DNA from: Alphaproteobacteria bacterium
GTDB lineage: Bacteria; Pseudomonadota; Alphaproteobacteria; RF32; CAG-239
NCBI GenBank assembly: GCA_017961285.1
Contig: JAGCXO010000032.1
Location: 1 to 58,249, forward strand
DNA length: 58,249 nucleotides
Direction of reading: 5' to 3'
The position numbers and the translations under genes are program-made. Below are positions 57,077 through 58,249 of this stretch, in pieces. The notes beneath the pieces were generated by a model. It was not told the origin of the DNA. It saw only the letters and a program-made list of their open reading frames with translations, and did not search any database. Numbering within the stretch: the first letter of the stretch is position 1; each line of letters begins with the position of its first letter.

Positions 57077-57105
57077 AAAACAAGGGCATTAACAGCCCTT
57101 GTTTT
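57077..57105. terminator. Intrinsic terminator just upstream of nuoL
   Basis: AAAACAAGGGC-attaaca-GCCCTTGTTTT. Confidence 0.8.
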
Positions 57106-57124
57106 ATTTTTGATTGTTAATTCA

Positions 57125-57439
57125 TCAGCCTAAATCCTTGATACTGCGAATAATACGCATAGGGACTTTGTATTCACGGGCGACATCGTCATTTTCTATT
57201 TCGGCCACCAGAACTTCACTAACCGATTTTAGCGGTGCATGAGCCTCTTCGGCAATATCATTGAGAACAAAAGCGCTCTCTCGGCTGCGATAAAGCAACG
57301 CAGTATCGCCTCCATCGTATAAGATACGCGGATTTTCGGGACCGCCTTCGCAATACTCGATAATAATCAATATTTCACCGGCGGTGTTTTGGAGCATGTC
57401 ATAACGCCCCTTTTGGTTGATTTTATTATTCTCAGACAT
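57125..57439 (-). CDS. Hypothetical acidic protein
   Basis: GAGGT SD before ATG 57439; no family recognised. Confidence 0.65.
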   Translation of the reverse strand: MSENNKINQKGRYDMLQNTAGEILIIIEYCEGGPENPRILYDGGDTALLYRSRESAFVLNDIAEEAHAPLKSVSEVLVAEIENDDVAREYKVPMRIIRSIKDLG

Positions 57440-57591
57440 AGAAACGACCTCATAATTTTTTTTGTTTAACATCAATTTTGAGTGGATGATAACACATAAT
57501 TATTAACAAATAAACTATTTTTTACAATTTATTGTTTTTTTTGTTGACGAACTGTTTTTTATAGATTATACAACAGTTCGTTATCTTATGT

Positions 57592-57667
57592 GGGCCCGTA
57601 GCTCAGTCGGTAGAGCATTTGACTTTTAATCAAAGGGTCGTGGGTTCGAATCCCGCCGGGCTCACCA
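57592..57667 (+). tRNA. tRNA-Lys(UUU)
   Basis: 76-nt cloverleaf, anticodon loop CTTTTAA, GTTCGAATC T-loop, encoded CCA. Confidence 0.97.
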
Positions 57668-57672
57668 ATAGG

Positions 57673-57700
57673 AAAACTCCTCTTTATGAGGAGTTTTTTT
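57673..57700 (+). terminator. tRNA-Lys terminator
   Basis: AAAACTCCTC-tttat-GAGGAGTTTTTTT. Confidence 0.85.
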
Positions 57701-57849
57701 GTATCTTTTTCTTGGCGGGATTCGAACCCGAGGGTTCGTTCAATTCCGACTATTTCTTTTGTTTCGCTTCGTTTTCTCTTGCTCACAAAAGAAAGTCTCA
57801 TTGTGTCTCCTTGAAAAAACTGCATTAAAGCAGTTTTTGCCGCGGCCAT

Positions 57850-57897
57850 CCGCCGGGCTCACCAATAAAAAAACTCCTCCTTGTGGGGAGTTTTTTT
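57850..57897 (+). repeat. Second copy of the tRNA-Lys 3' end plus terminator
   Basis: CCGCCGGGCTCACCAATA (18/18 with 57653-57670), then an AAACTCC..GGAGTTT hairpin. Confidence 0.92.
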
Positions 57898-58016
57898 GTT
57901 GGTCAAGTTGGGATAAGAACCCACGAAAAAGTGGGTTCGACAAGGAGGAGCAGGCGAGACGGAAGTATCGCCGCTCTTGCGACGACGCAGCGGCGAGTGA
58001 AACGTAGCCAATCATA

Positions 58017-58062
58017 GCCGGGCTCACCAATAAAAGAGGTCACCTTTGTGGTGGCCTTTTTT
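58017..58062 (+). repeat. Third copy of the tRNA-Lys 3' end plus terminator
   Basis: GCCGGGCTCACCAATA (16/16), then AGGTCACC/GGTGGCCT hairpin and T-tract. Confidence 0.9.
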
Positions 58063-58249
58063 GTGTTTTAAAACGGCGGGCTTCAAAATAAGAGACAAAA
58101 AATGACAAAAATATCGTATCATGAGTGGGAAAATGTGGTATAGTGTAATTCCTGATAATTAGTATAGAAATTTTTTTAATTATATCCTGTCGCCTTGGGC
58201 AAGTTACATAAAAGGATTCACGCCCCAAAAAAAATAAAAAAAATAAAAA

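Noticed and set aside
57650-58062. CRISPR array
   Set aside because: The repeats are tRNA 3' ends, there are only three, the spacing is 165-197 bp and no cas genes are present.
57586-58228. Short ORFs over the tRNA and its downstream repeats
   Set aside because: Shadow frames of tRNA, terminators and repeats.

Overview
AT-rich bacterial chromosome segment with an alphaproteobacterial gene complement (lpxC-bamD-recN, rnpB beside mraZ, ATP12, apaG, nuoLMN-birA-rnj). Several genes look acquired from gut anaerobes (alpha2-type GlyRS, Clostridia-like gltX, TIGR03905), which suggests a host/gut-associated uncultured lineage; that is inference. Most of the window is housekeeping: a fragmented dcw cluster, an Mla/Pqi transporter, mreB, miaA, ddl, rarA, recX, rplM-rpsI, mutS and tRNA-Lys. 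The best candidate for a new system is the integrase-free accessory region on both sides of rplM-rpsI (about 38.3-45.2 kb). It contains (i) a polymorphic-toxin-like cassette array, in which an unrecognised N-terminal domain carries an SAA-like tip and is followed by a small membrane immunity-like gene, then a 98/100-nt repeat that restarts a Tlde1/DUF2778-like tip, then a phage MuF fragment missed by the ORF track; and (ii) two similarly built, ORF-less promoter-structured RNA-terminator units, each directly upstream of a small lipoprotein gene, one of them bracketed by a duplicated rpsI terminator. Other highlights: stand-alone NuoL/M/N with most central proton-pumping residues substituted, an FtsK motor lacking both membrane anchor and gamma domain, and stacked tRNA-Lys 3'-end units that each carry an antisense T-arm copy. 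No CRISPR array, integrase or transposase was seen. All family assignments come from motif recognition by eye; no database searches were run.
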